64,000 bases of DNA, from positions 72,531-136,530 of the forward strand of contig JAIORF010000005.1 of the NCBI GenBank assembly GCA_021108295.1, written 5' to 3'. Of the stretch, positions 47,778 through 59,753 are shown piece after piece. This stretch comes from a bacterium. Its GTDB lineage: Bacteria; Patescibacteriota; Dojkabacteria; SC72. The position numbers were made by a program, and so were the translations under genes. A model generated the notes under the pieces. That model was not told the origin of the DNA, did no database searches, and worked only from the letters and a program-made list of their open reading frames with translations. The stretch's first letter is position 1; every line of letters starts with the position of its first letter.

Positions 47778-48503
47778 ATGAGTATTACGGATAGACAAAA
47801 AAAAGTGCTAATGGCCATAATCCAGGAATTCATGGAAAACGCTGATGAAGTTGGATCTGTAGCTCTACTACAAAAATACAACCTTGGAGTAAGCTCGGCC
47901 ACTGTAAGAAATGAGATGGTAAGACTAATGGACGAAGGACTCCTTGAAAAAAGCCACATATCCTCTGGAAGATTCCCTACAGACCAAGCAATTAGAATGT
48001 ATGTTAAACAACGATTAGATGAATACAGTCCCAACCCCCTAGTTACGGTAGATATTAGACAAGGAATCTTTAGAGAAAGATTTAGTAAAGACTCTGTTAC
48101 ACACTCAATATTGCACATACTCTCAAAAGAAACAGACTCTATAGCGTTTGTAGTACTAGATGGAATACTTCGGTATTGGGGACTATCTAACCTGTTTAAG
48201 TATGAAGAATTAAATACTGCGAGGACAATCAAAAGTCTAATAGACATCTTGGAAGACCCTGTATTCCTCTCAAACTTATCTGAAAAATATGGAAGTTCTA
48301 GAGTATCACTCCTAATTGGTGAAGAATCTGGAGTAGAAGCACTAGAGGAGTGCTCAATTGCGTTTATCAACACACCATTCTGGAACACACAATCCTCCTT
48401 TGTAGGAATACTAGGCTCTAAAAGAATGGACTACCTCAAGGTAATACCCGTATTAAAGGAGGTAAGAAGTGCTCTACAAAGCTCTATGCATGGATGGAGT
48501 TAG
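47778..48503 (+). CDS. hrcA: Heat-inducible transcription repressor HrcA (short)
   Basis: TDRQKKVL, VGS, VSSATVRNEM, HISSGRFPT, GILGSKRMDY. Confidence 0.92.
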   Translation: MSITDRQKKVLMAIIQEFMENADEVGSVALLQKYNLGVSSATVRNEMVRLMDEGLLEKSHISSGRFPTDQAIRMYVKQRLDEYSPNPLVTVDIRQGIFRERFSKDSVTHSILHILSKETDSIAFVVLDGILRYWGLSNLFKYEELNTARTIKSLIDILEDPVFLSNLSEKYGSSRVSLLIGEESGVEALEECSIAFINTPFWNTQSSFVGILGSKRMDYLKVIPVLKEVRSALQSSMHGWS

Positions 48504-48510
48504 AAACCTC

Positions 48511-48567
48511 TTGACATTTCATATTCTACTTCATATACTCTTAGCAGTCCTAAGTTAACTCTGCTAA
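48511..48567 (+). promoter_or_regulatory. grpE-dnaK promoter with CIRCE (48541..48567)
   Basis: TTGACA-17-TATACT, then TTAGCAG-N13-CTGCTAA. Confidence 0.88.
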
Positions 48568-48570
48568 GAA

Positions 48571-49089
48571 ATGCCTAAGAAAAAGAATGAAGAAATAAAG
48601 AAGAAGAAAGTTGAAACTCAAATACAACAACTGGCTCAAACTATAGATACGCTTGAAGACGAAAAGCTAGAAATTACCAACCAACTTAAAAGAGCATTGG
48701 CTGATTATCAAAATCTAGAAAAGAATACGGCTAAACTTACACACTTACGATTCTTACAAACCAAAAAAGGGCTAGCAGAAAACATCATACCAGTAGTAGA
48801 TGCTCTAACAATAGCGATTAAGACAAAAGAAGACCTAGAAATAGATGAAAAAACACAGGCTTGGGTAGCAGGAATAGTGGCGACAATTGAAAACCTAGAA
48901 AAAGTCTTTGTAGATATTGGATTAAAGAAATTCATACCTCAAAAAGGTAAAAAATTTGATCCAAATATCCATGAAGCCTTGACGACCGTCTCTGACGGCG
49001 AAAAGGGTCATATATATGACACTATCCAACCCGGATATACACTAGACGATGTGATAATTCGTCCAGCAAGGGTTGTAGTATCAAAATAG
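48571..49089 (+). CDS. grpE: Nucleotide exchange factor GrpE
   Basis: RALADYQN, FDPNIHEA, GYTL..IRPARVVV. Confidence 0.95.
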   Translation: MPKKKNEEIKKKKVETQIQQLAQTIDTLEDEKLEITNQLKRALADYQNLEKNTAKLTHLRFLQTKKGLAENIIPVVDALTIAIKTKEDLEIDEKTQAWVAGIVATIENLEKVFVDIGLKKFIPQKGKKFDPNIHEALTTVSDGEKGHIYDTIQPGYTLDDVIIRPARVVVSK

Positions 49090-49111
49090 TTTAATTTTTT
49101 AATATATTAAT

Positions 49112-51016
49112 ATGGGAAAGATAATAGGAATAGACTTAGGAACAACAAACTCCGCTATGGCATACATGTCAGGTGGGAAACCTAACATAATTGCCAATTC
49201 ACAAGGAGGAAGATTAACTCCCTCTATTGTAGCGCAGGATGACAAAGGACAGATAATTGTAGGACAACCAGCAAAGAACCAAGCTGTAACCAATCCAGAG
49301 GGAACAATCTACTCCGTAAAGAGACTAATAGGTAGATCATGGAGTGATCCTGAGGTAAAGAAAGACAAAGAGCTCCTACCTTTCGAGATGAGGAAATCAA
49401 AAAGTGATGGAATTGAAGTTCAAATGGGAGACAAGTGGTACTCACCACAGGAGATATCTGCAAAGATATTAGGAAAACTTAAGAAAGACGCAGAAGACTT
49501 CTTGGGAGAAAAAGTAAAGGAAGTGGTAATAACGGTACCAGCATACTTCAACGACTCACAAAGACAAGCTACAAAAGACGCAGGTAAGATAGCAGGACTA
49601 GATGTAAAAAGAATAGTGAATGAACCGACAGCTGCTGCACTTGCATATGGATTGGATAATGATAAAGAAGAAAAAGTAGCAATATTTGACCTAGGAGGTG
49701 GTACATTTGATATTTCAATATTAGAAATAGGAGAAGGGGTATTTGAAGTACTTTCAACCAATGGAGACACACACCTTGGTGGAGACGACTTTGATCAATT
49801 AATCATTGACCATATCGTTAAAAACTTCGAAAAAGAGAATGCTATGGATCTTAGAAAAGATAAAACAGCATTACAAAGACTTAAGGAAGCAGCAGAAAAA
49901 GCAAAGATTGAACTCTCAAGCTCAGAGAAGACAGAGATTAACATTCCATACATAACTGCAGACGCTAATGGCCCAAAGCATCTTAAAATGGATATAACAA
50001 GGGCAGATTTAGAAAAACTTACATCAACCTTAATAGATAGCACTATTCAACCATGTGAGAAAGCCCTAAAAGATGCAAAACTTAAAGTAGAGGATATTGA
50101 TCAGATTTTACTAGTTGGAGGTATGACAAGAATGCCAGCTGTAGAAAAGAAAGTTAAAGAATTCTTTAAGAAGGAGCTCAACAAAAGTGTAAATCCTGAT
50201 GAGGTAGTAGCAGTAGGAGCTGCAATTCAGGGTGGAGTATTAGGAGGTGATGTAAAAGGTATTACACTACTTGATGTAACTCCTCTTTCGTTTGGTCTTG
50301 AAACTTTAGGCGGGGTGATGACAAAACTCATTGATAGGAACACAACTATTCCTGTAGAAAAGAAACAGATATTCTCCACTGCTGCAGACAATCAACCAGG
50401 TGTGGAAATCCATATATTGCAAGGAGAAAGAGATATGGTTGGGGATAACAAGACCTTGGGGAGATTTGTACTGGATGGGATCCCACCTGCTCCAAGAGGG
50501 ATACCTCAAATAGAGGTTACATTCTCCATAGACGCAAATGGGATACTGGATGTAAAAGCAAAGGATATGGCAACCAGTAAAGAACAACATATTACAATTA
50601 CAGCTTCAACCAGTCTTAAAGAAGAAGAAATTGAAAAAATGGTAGAAGAGGCTGCTAAGTATGCAGATGAGGACAAGAAGAAGAGAGAGAGAATTGAGAA
50701 GAGGAATAATGCAGACTCCCTATGTTTTAGTATAGAGAAGCTTCTCGAAGAGAGTGAGGATAAGGTAGAGGATAGTGAAAAGGAAGATTTAGAAAAGGAT
50801 GTCAAAGAACTGAAGGAATTAATTGCTAAAGAAGACTTTGATGAGGAAGAGGTAGAGAAGAAAACAGAGGAATTAACAAAGAAGATGCAGGAAGTAAGTA
50901 AGAAGATGTATGAGGCTGCAGCTAAGGAGGCTAGTGAAGAGAAAGAGGATGAGAAAAAGGATGAAGAAGACGATAAGAAAGAGGTAAAAGAAGGGGAAGT
51001 TGTAGACGAAGATTAG
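49112..51016 (+). CDS. dnaK: Chaperone DnaK
   Basis: [44 protein letters not shown]. Confidence 0.98.
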   Translation: MGKIIGIDLGTTNSAMAYMSGGKPNIIANSQGGRLTPSIVAQDDKGQIIVGQPAKNQAVTNPEGTIYSVKRLIGRSWSDPEVKKDKELLPFEMRKSKSDGIEVQMGDKWYSPQEISAKILGKLKKDAEDFLGEKVKEVVITVPAYFNDSQRQATKDAGKIAGLDVKRIVNEPTAAALAYGLDNDKEEKVAIFDLGGGTFDISILEIGEGVFEVLSTNGDTHLGGDDFDQLIIDHIVKNFEKENAMDLRKDKTALQRLKEAAEKAKIELSSSEKTEINIPYITADANGPKHLKMDITRADLEKLTSTLIDSTIQPCEKALKDAKLKVEDIDQILLVGGMTRMPAVEKKVKEFFKKELNKSVNPDEVVAVGAAIQGGVLGGDVKGITLLDVTPLSFGLETLGGVMTKLIDRNTTIPVEKKQIFSTAADNQPGVEIHILQGERDMVGDNKTLGRFVLDGIPPAPRGIPQIEVTFSIDANGILDVKAKDMATSKEQHITITASTSLKEEEIEKMVEEAAKYADEDKKKRERIEKRNNADSLCFSIEKLLEESEDKVEDSEKEDLEKDVKELKELIAKEDFDEEEVEKKTEELTKKMQEVSKKMYEAAAKEASEEKEDEKKDEEDDKKEVKEGEVVDED

Positions 51017-51089
51017 AAAATAAGAGATTTGGTATTGTGCTAGGCTTGTGATACCATTAGGTATTAACTTGCCTAAGTAATAACTCTTT

Positions 51090-53330
51090 ATGTCAAAGAC
51101 TAAGAAGCACAATATCAACACTGTAATGGTGTCTATTCAGAGATATTGTTTATATACTCTCCTAGCAATAATACCTATTGCTATACTGCCATTCCCATGG
51201 GATTTTACAGAAAAGGGAATGAGTATTACAATACTAGCTTTTACTATAGTAATAGTAGCCCTTGAAGTGATTAAAGTGCTGTGGTCTGGGAAGTTTGTAT
51301 CCCTAAAAAGGAATACGGACATTATTCTCTTCGCCCTATTTGTGTCATTTCTTCTTACTACAGTATTTGCATTTGATTCCAACCTCAGCCTTTTTGGTTT
51401 TGACTACCAATTTGCTTCTGGATTAGTAGGAGTAGGATCAATTTTAATACTTACTTTCCTCTTAAGAAGTTTCATATTGAAAAAGGAAGATATTGCTGGT
51501 GTAATAACTGCCTTTCTAGTAGGAAGTGTTCTTGCCTCCTTGCTAAGTCTTATATCCATATTTGGTGGAAATATATTAGGTATATTCCCTAGGTTCAGCT
51601 CTCTCTTTTCCGTAGGTTTTCCTATCATTGGTGCTCCAGTAGTATTGGTTATATATAATGGAATTTCTATAATATTAGCTAAAATTTCCCTAGAGATACT
51701 CAAAGACAAGAAAATAAAAAATAGTAGTTGGTTTTCAATTATTGCAATTATTATAAATGGAATATCTCTACTGCTATTTTCCATAGACCCGATATCTTTA
51801 ATAATATCTGTTGTATTCTTGGTTATATGGGTAGTGATTTCTCTCATACAATTGAGTAAGGAAAAAGCTTCTACAGTTAAATCTAGAATAATGGAGTTAC
51901 TTCTTCCAGTAACTCTTGTGACAGCTGTGCTATTAATTCAGATAGAGGCTATATCAGACTTAATTCTTAAGCATACAGAAATCCTATCCCCACTAACCCT
52001 CTCAAGTGATGTTAATTGGCAAATAGTATCTCAATCCCTTATGTTCTCTCTTAAAAATGGGATATTGGGTGTTGGTCTAGATTCATTTGCTTCTGTATTT
52101 ACTACATTGAAACCACTAGTTCTTACAAATGTAGAATTTGCAAATGGATTTAACGAAATATTAACATCACTGTCTAATGGAGGATTCCTCTGGTTAATAA
52201 TTTGGTTAGTATTAGGTTGGTATATCCTGAAAGATTTACTTCATGATGTGAAGACGTACAAAGCAAAAAAGAAGGAGTTAGTTCTCTTTGATGCAGTACT
52301 TCTTTTTATATTTATTACCTCCTTTATCACAACATATACCACAATATTAAGATTTGCTTTCTTTCTAATTATATCCTTGAGTGTTGTTATGAGGAGTTTA
52401 ATTAGTAGTGAAGAGGTAGAAAATCTGCTACTTAAGATATGGGCAATGGGTACAGGCAAGAAGAAGGGTCGGAATGCTCCAACTGTTTCTATCTTTATAA
52501 CCGTGATTACCGTATTAATAGCACTACTACTTTTATTCAAACTGGGAAGTATTACACTGTCTAGTTTGTATGTACTCAGAGCAGAAAATTACATCATCGA
52601 GGAAAATAAGAAATATGTCGAAGTTACTCCTACCTTGGAACAGAGATCTGAATTTGTAGACACTTTGTATAATTGGTATTTACAAGCGCTTAAGTATGAC
52701 TTAGGGAATCCCCTTGTTAACAGAAAGTTTAGCCTCATAGCTGTTGATAAAATGGATATAACATTCTCATTGTATGAAGAAGAGGAAGACGAAGGATTGC
52801 TAGATGAAATTGTGATACTTAGAAATCAAGCTTTTGAATACAGTAAGACCGCAATCAATATCTCTCCATCTCTATACTCTAGTTACAACAATAGAGCTCT
52901 AATATATCTAGGTCTTGTGAATCTAGGCTATACAGATTATATAAGAGATGGACTCTCTGCAGTAAATGATGCTATTGATCTTAAACCTACTGATTATCAA
53001 AACTACTTCCATATGGCGCAACTGTATTACCTTCTAGAGGATTACGATTCTGCATTTGATGCCTCTTCGCAGACTATATCTATAAACGGAGTATATATTC
53101 CTGCTTTAATTATGTCTGCCAATATTAGTGGGATTCAAGAGAATACAGAGGTACAACTAGCATATCTAGAAGCTATTAAGATAATTCTGGAGACAGATAA
53201 TCTACAAGATGCTCAACTATACTTAGATACTGTAGAACAAATTGAAATAATAAAGGGGGAAGAGAGTTTTACACAAGAGGATCTTGTTGACGAAGATATT
53301 GATAACGAGGTTTCCCTCGAAACAGAGTAA
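51090..53330 (+). CDS. Polytopic membrane protein (O-antigen ligase-like) with C-terminal TPR region
   Basis: Many TM segments, ILGVGLDSF; TPR-like AIDLKPTDYQNYFHMAQLYY. Confidence 0.65.
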   Translation: MSKTKKHNINTVMVSIQRYCLYTLLAIIPIAILPFPWDFTEKGMSITILAFTIVIVALEVIKVLWSGKFVSLKRNTDIILFALFVSFLLTTVFAFDSNLSLFGFDYQFASGLVGVGSILILTFLLRSFILKKEDIAGVITAFLVGSVLASLLSLISIFGGNILGIFPRFSSLFSVGFPIIGAPVVLVIYNGISIILAKISLEILKDKKIKNSSWFSIIAIIINGISLLLFSIDPISLIISVVFLVIWVVISLIQLSKEKASTVKSRIMELLLPVTLVTAVLLIQIEAISDLILKHTEILSPLTLSSDVNWQIVSQSLMFSLKNGILGVGLDSFASVFTTLKPLVLTNVEFANGFNEILTSLSNGGFLWLIIWLVLGWYILKDLLHDVKTYKAKKKELVLFDAVLLFIFITSFITTYTTILRFAFFLIISLSVVMRSLISSEEVENLLLKIWAMGTGKKKGRNAPTVSIFITVITVLIALLLLFKLGSITLSSLYVLRAENYIIEENKKYVEVTPTLEQRSEFVDTLYNWYLQALKYDLGNPLVNRKFSLIAVDKMDITFSLYEEEEDEGLLDEIVILRNQAFEYSKTAINISPSLYSSYNNRALIYLGLVNLGYTDYIRDGLSAVNDAIDLKPTDYQNYFHMAQLYYLLEDYDSAFDASSQTISINGVYIPALIMSANISGIQENTEVQLAYLEAIKIILETDNLQDAQLYLDTVEQIEIIKGEESFTQEDLVDEDIDNEVSLETE

Positions 53331-53973
53331 TTGCATAAATATGATTACCTTTTAGGGAATGACAAGCACGGTTAAGGGTAGTACCTGTAGAAATGACATC
53401 ATCTATTAGTATTATATCCTCTCCGACCATCTTTTTACCGTTATTGATTTTAAAGATATCTTTTTCTAAATATCCCCTATCTCTTAAACTTTGTTGTGAT
53501 TGATGCTTATCACCCCCTATTCTTTTTAGAATATTAGAATCAATTCTACATTTGTAGTAATTGGAAATATTGGTTGCAAGGAGGGACGATTGATTAAATC
53601 CTCTCTCTTTCTCATGTGAAGAGTGGAGAGGAATAGGTATGAGGAGAGTCTGTGAAGTTATATTTTTTGCAAAACCAGTTATCTCCAATCTTGTGATAAG
53701 GAGGGAGGAAAGTATTGCAGAGAGTTTGTATGCATATCGGTATTTATACTGGGAGAGTATCTTCTTAGAAATATTTCCATACTCCCATCCTACAAACACC
53801 TTATCAAGATCTTCCTTGTTACAATTCTCATGAGTAGTATACCCACTAGATAGTTTTCTACAAACATAGCATTCTGGTAGAGTACTTTTTAGTTTCTTAA
53901 TACAGAGAGGGCAGAGGTAATTACCAATACTTCCACAGTTGACACAGTAGGTTGGGAAGAGAAAATCTAGCAT
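53269..53973 (-). CDS. ComF family phosphoribosyltransferase-like competence protein
   Basis: LFPTYCVNC, IPLH..ERGFNQS, LIDDVISTGTT. Confidence 0.9.
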   Translation of the reverse strand: MLDFLFPTYCVNCGSIGNYLCPLCIKKLKSTLPECYVCRKLSSGYTTHENCNKEDLDKVFVGWEYGNISKKILSQYKYRYAYKLSAILSSLLITRLEITGFAKNITSQTLLIPIPLHSSHEKERGFNQSSLLATNISNYYKCRIDSNILKRIGGDKHQSQQSLRDRGYLEKDIFKINNGKKMVGEDIILIDDVISTGTTLNRACHSLKGNHIYAITLFRGKPRYQYLRQQDPLV

Positions 53974-54082
53974 AATGTATTATATATCTTGATTATGAAC
54001 ATATGATGAACAAGGTTGCTAATTCTTTTAACATAATTTATGATATTATCACTATCATATTTAACGCTTATTAAACACACTT

Positions 54083-55870
54083 GTGGTAAAAAAGAACGGC
54101 ATTGTCTCTGTAATGGGATTGTTATTCCTTACGAAAATACTCGGTTTTGTGAAATTGAGAATAGTTGCTCAACTTTTTGGTGCATCACATGAATTAGACA
54201 TCTTTTGGGCAGCATTCACTATCCCAGATATTATATTCCTAGTAATTGTGGCAGGTTCTGTAAATGCAGCCATTATCCCAATTCTTACGGACATGCTCTA
54301 CGACAAGGGTAAGAAGTCTTTGAATATGCTGTTTAATAAATTGACAGTATTGTTTGCGAGTGTAATCATGATTTTTGTTACTATCCTTTTCATATTCACT
54401 CCACAGATTGCACAGTGGTTGATATCTTCAAATAGTACTGCAGGATTAATATTTGATCTCTCAGGTACTCTTCAGGCGTCGGATATATCTAGCTTTATCA
54501 GTATCATGAGAATAGGGTTAATATCTCCTTTCTTTTTAGGACTTAGTGCTTTTGTAACTGCTTACTTGCAGGTTAGAAAACAATTTTTTGTTACAGCCTT
54601 AGCCCCTGTATTTTACAATCTTGCAATGATTGTTTGTCCTCTCCTTTTTGTTAAATATGGAGGTATGGGAGTAAATGGGTTAGCACTTGCTTCAATTGTA
54701 GGTACAACATTACATTTGGGTATACAGATACCTTTATTCCTGAAATATTACAAAGAGGGCAGAGTTGATTTTAGAGAGAGTATTAGAGGGATATTTAGAG
54801 ATAGTTCTGTCATTAGAGCTCTTAAATTGGCGACTCCTAGAGTTTTATCAATACTTGGTGAGCAGTTTAGTGTTGTTGTGAATACTGTAATTAGTTTTAC
54901 GCTTACTGCAGGTACACTTAGTGCTTACAAGTTCGCGTTTAGTTTACATATGTTCCCAATTAATATCATAGGGAGTGCTGTAGCGCAGGTTACACTACCC
55001 GATTTAGCAAAGTTGAGTAGAGAGAAGGATAGAGGGGAGTTTAAGGTGGTGCTTAATAATGCGATACAGTTCGCTATGTATTTGGTGTTACCGATTGTCT
55101 CGGTGTTAATGATCTTAAGACTTCCAATAGTGCGTCTTACATTTGGTTCTGGAGCTTTTGATTGGGAAGATACACTTCTTACTTCTTGGTGTCTTGTACT
55201 TCTTGGACTATCTATTCTTGGTCAAACCTTGATGCAGATTATTATGAGAGCATTTTATGCACTCAAAGATACATGGAAGGCTTTGATAATTACAGTAGTA
55301 GGTATTGCGATTAATCTCTTTTGTGTATATTTCATTACCAACTTCTTTAGTCATTACTACGATTGGAGAATAATATTGGATCAGATTATATATCAAATAT
55401 CTACTGCAAATGGTGCTGGACTTGGACCTGTCATTGAGAGTTTCCTCAAGGATATGTGGAGTTGGATGACAGTGAGGGGAGATTCTTCTTTGGCTGTAGG
55501 AGGTCTCGCTATTGGAGTGAGTATGGCATATTTGGTTGAGACTATAGTTGGTTTTTGGTATTTGAATAGGATAACGGAGACACAGTTAATATCTTGGAAA
55601 GAGACTGTTAAGCCAATATTTCTTAAAATATTAAACGCCGCCATTATGGCTATCGGTATGTATTTTGTATTTAAGATATTTGATCTTCAATTAGATACTT
55701 CTAGAACAGTATGGGTGCTTTTACTTACAGTGGTTACTAGTATATATGGTGGGATATCATACCTACTTGGATCATATCTTTTCAGGATAGAAGAGTTTGA
55801 ATATATTAAGGAGTATGGTGTAGGGCTGTTAAGTAATTTTAAGAAGAGGGTATTTAAAAAGAATGCGTAA
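54083..55870 (+). CDS. murJ: Lipid II flippase MurJ/MviN
   Basis: KILGFVK..FGA..DIFWAAFTIPD, AAIIP, APVFYN, RAFYALKDT. Confidence 0.88.
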   Translation: MVKKNGIVSVMGLLFLTKILGFVKLRIVAQLFGASHELDIFWAAFTIPDIIFLVIVAGSVNAAIIPILTDMLYDKGKKSLNMLFNKLTVLFASVIMIFVTILFIFTPQIAQWLISSNSTAGLIFDLSGTLQASDISSFISIMRIGLISPFFLGLSAFVTAYLQVRKQFFVTALAPVFYNLAMIVCPLLFVKYGGMGVNGLALASIVGTTLHLGIQIPLFLKYYKEGRVDFRESIRGIFRDSSVIRALKLATPRVLSILGEQFSVVVNTVISFTLTAGTLSAYKFAFSLHMFPINIIGSAVAQVTLPDLAKLSREKDRGEFKVVLNNAIQFAMYLVLPIVSVLMILRLPIVRLTFGSGAFDWEDTLLTSWCLVLLGLSILGQTLMQIIMRAFYALKDTWKALIITVVGIAINLFCVYFITNFFSHYYDWRIILDQIIYQISTANGAGLGPVIESFLKDMWSWMTVRGDSSLAVGGLAIGVSMAYLVETIVGFWYLNRITETQLISWKETVKPIFLKILNAAIMAIGMYFVFKIFDLQLDTSRTVWVLLLTVVTSIYGGISYLLGSYLFRIEEFEYIKEYGVGLLSNFKKRVFKKNA

Positions 55871-56480
55871 ATTTCTAAAGTTTGTAGGTATTGTAATCCT
55901 TTGTCTTTTACTTCTATTTCTTTCATTACTTCTCTTTGTCATTCTTAAATCAAGGTCTTGGGAAAAAGGTTTTGTAGATGATCTTAATTCGCAATATCTA
56001 GTGAGTGAGGGTTTGGTGTTTGAGGATGCGATGGATGAGAAGATAGAGGGGTATGTATTGAGTGGTAGTGATACTGAGTTTGTTACATTTACACCTACGG
56101 AGGTTTCTCAACTTCTGTTTAGTAGTGTTTCCGATATGGTTGGAGAGAGTGGTTTGAGTATTACAAATGTGTATGTAGAGCCTGCTGTAGGTAATTGGAG
56201 TGTGTGTGGTAGGTTTGAGTTAGTGGAAGTCAAGGGAATTCATACATGGGTTTGTGTTGATGTGAGTAAGGATAGTATGCAGACGGCACAGCTCTTTTTA
56301 GAGGATATACAGTTTCAGGGGTTTAGTGTGAGTAAGATATATCCCAAGCTTCTAATTTTGGCTAATCAGGGTATTGCAGAGGCTTTAGTTACTACCAATG
56401 AGAATGGGTTTGTAGGAAGAATATTTGAGAATATTGAGTTGTTGGAAGAGGGGTTAGTAGTAAAGGGGAGTTTGTATTAG
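55863..56480 (+). CDS. Hypothetical membrane-anchored protein
   Basis: N-terminal TM; 205-aa ORF. Confidence 0.65.
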   Translation: MRKFLKFVGIVILCLLLLFLSLLLFVILKSRSWEKGFVDDLNSQYLVSEGLVFEDAMDEKIEGYVLSGSDTEFVTFTPTEVSQLLFSSVSDMVGESGLSITNVYVEPAVGNWSVCGRFELVEVKGIHTWVCVDVSKDSMQTAQLFLEDIQFQGFSVSKIYPKLLILANQGIAEALVTTNENGFVGRIFENIELLEEGLVVKGSLY

Positions 56481-56527
56481 TTAACTACATCTTTAGCGAC
56501 GTTTTTCATATCAGGTTCGTCAATTTC

Positions 56528-56585
56528 TTGACATTTTCGCCACTTCCTTTTAGAATACTTAGCAGTTAATTTATTCTCTTGCTAA
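56528..56585 (+). promoter_or_regulatory. groESL promoter with CIRCE (56559..56585)
   Basis: TTGACA-17-TAGAAT, then TTAGCA-N15-TGCTAA. Confidence 0.88.
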
Positions 56586-56607
56586 TTTAAATTGTTAAGA
56601 TATATAA

Positions 56608-56907
56608 ATGGCAGAATTAAAAATACAACCGTTAGGTAATCGTATATTAGTTATCCCTCGTGCAGAAGAAGAAACCTTAGCAGGTGGTTTAGTTGTACCC
56701 CCAAGTGCTAGTGATGATAAAAGACCAGCTGTAGGTGAAGTTCTTAAATTAGGGATTGGTAAAGATGAAAACGGTAAAGATTTTGTATTCCAGGTTAAAC
56801 CTAAAGATACAATATATTTCAAGAAATACTCTCCAGAGGAAGTGGAGATTGATGGTGAGCAATATCTCATCTTAGACGCTAGTGATATATTAGCAGTAAT
56901 TAAGTAG
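56608..56907 (+). CDS. groES: Co-chaperonin GroES
   Basis: IQPLGNRILV, GGLVVP, EVEIDGEQYLI..DILAVI. Confidence 0.96.
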   Translation: MAELKIQPLGNRILVIPRAEEETLAGGLVVPPSASDDKRPAVGEVLKLGIGKDENGKDFVFQVKPKDTIYFKKYSPEEVEIDGEQYLILDASDILAVIK

Positions 56908-56911
56908 TTAA

Positions 56912-58555
<1,644 letters not shown>

Positions 58556-58601
58556 AATATACATAAGAACAGGTTGTATAATAAGTTGTTGGGAAAATTC
58601 T

Positions 58602-59147
58602 ATGGCTGTCAAAATTACATATTTTGTTCATGGCACTACTACTGATAACGAAAATGAAGTTTCATCTGGCTGGTATGATGTAGAACTCTCTGATTTAGGT
58701 ATTCAGCAATCAAAAGAATTGAAAGATTTGATTAAAGATAAAGGGATTGACATTGTTTTTTGTTCAGATCTCAAACGTGCAGTAGATTCGGCAGAGTTAA
58801 CATTCAAAGGAGATATTGAAATTATTAAGGACAGAAGACTTCGTGAGTGCAATTACGGTAAATATAATGCTCAGCCTTCCAAAATTGTAGAGCCATTACA
58901 AAAACAAAATATCACGAAGAAATTTCCTGAAGGAGAGAGCTATGAGGATGTGAAGAAACGCATGAATGATTTTATTGAATTCTTAAAGGAAAATTATAAT
59001 GGTAAGCATATTGCAATTGTTGCTCATAAAGCTCCTCAATTGGCATTAGATGTTTTGTTAGGAGGACAATCGTGGGAGCAGGCAATTGCTGCTGATTGGA
59101 GGAAAAAGAAAAAGTGGCAGCCAGGGTGGAATTATATAGTGAATTAA
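58602..59147 (+). CDS. Histidine phosphatase family protein
   Basis: VHG (RHG variant), SDLKRA, LRECNYG, PEGES, IVAH. Confidence 0.85.
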   Translation: MAVKITYFVHGTTTDNENEVSSGWYDVELSDLGIQQSKELKDLIKDKGIDIVFCSDLKRAVDSAELTFKGDIEIIKDRRLRECNYGKYNAQPSKIVEPLQKQNITKKFPEGESYEDVKKRMNDFIEFLKENYNGKHIAIVAHKAPQLALDVLLGGQSWEQAIAADWRKKKKWQPGWNYIVN

Positions 59148-59163
59148 TAGTTCCCTATATTAG

Positions 59164-59688
59164 CTAATAAACCACCTCCTGCATAACAACCTTCCCAATA
59201 ACACTGTTCTCTCTCTTGTTGTAACTCTCTACCCTTAACTTACCATCCCTACTTACCAAAACAATATCATCAACACACAACTCACAATTAGGACTCACAA
59301 ACAAAAAACCATTCGAAGCACTAAGTAAACTACTAAACTTCACTACCCCCATATCAACTACAAAACTCTCATGATCTAACCTAGTAACCCATGTAGGACA
59401 ATTGTAGTAAGTTAAAGTATTCTCCTTCTTAAAAACCAAATCCTTAGGAACTGACGTAAACAAAGGAACCTGAAAAACATTAACACTATCCCCATCCACA
59501 AGATCCCCTGCGGAAACACTCAAAGCATTAGCCAACTTATCAATCTGATTCATAGGAGAACTCTCCCCCCTCTCATACCTTGAAATCATCTCCCAAGTAA
59601 TACCCACCTTATCCGCCAACTCATCCTGAGTTAACTTCAACCTCTTTCTATACTTCCGTATATTCTCCCCTATATCATGATATTCCAT
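59164..59688 (-). CDS. XRE-family HTH regulator with degenerate S24/LexA-like C-terminal domain
   Basis: IGENIRKYRK..LTQDELA..SRYERG; VPLF, DIVLV and VIGKVV S24-like pattern. Confidence 0.8.
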   Translation of the reverse strand: MEYHDIGENIRKYRKRLKLTQDELADKVGITWEMISRYERGESSPMNQIDKLANALSVSAGDLVDGDSVNVFQVPLFTSVPKDLVFKKENTLTYYNCPTWVTRLDHESFVVDMGVVKFSSLLSASNGFLFVSPNCELCVDDIVLVSRDGKLRVESYNKRENSVIGKVVMQEVVY

Positions 59689-59753
59689 ATATATGAATTG
59701 TAATGAATATTCACGAAAGGATATATAGACACGGGTATCATAAATACGGAATA

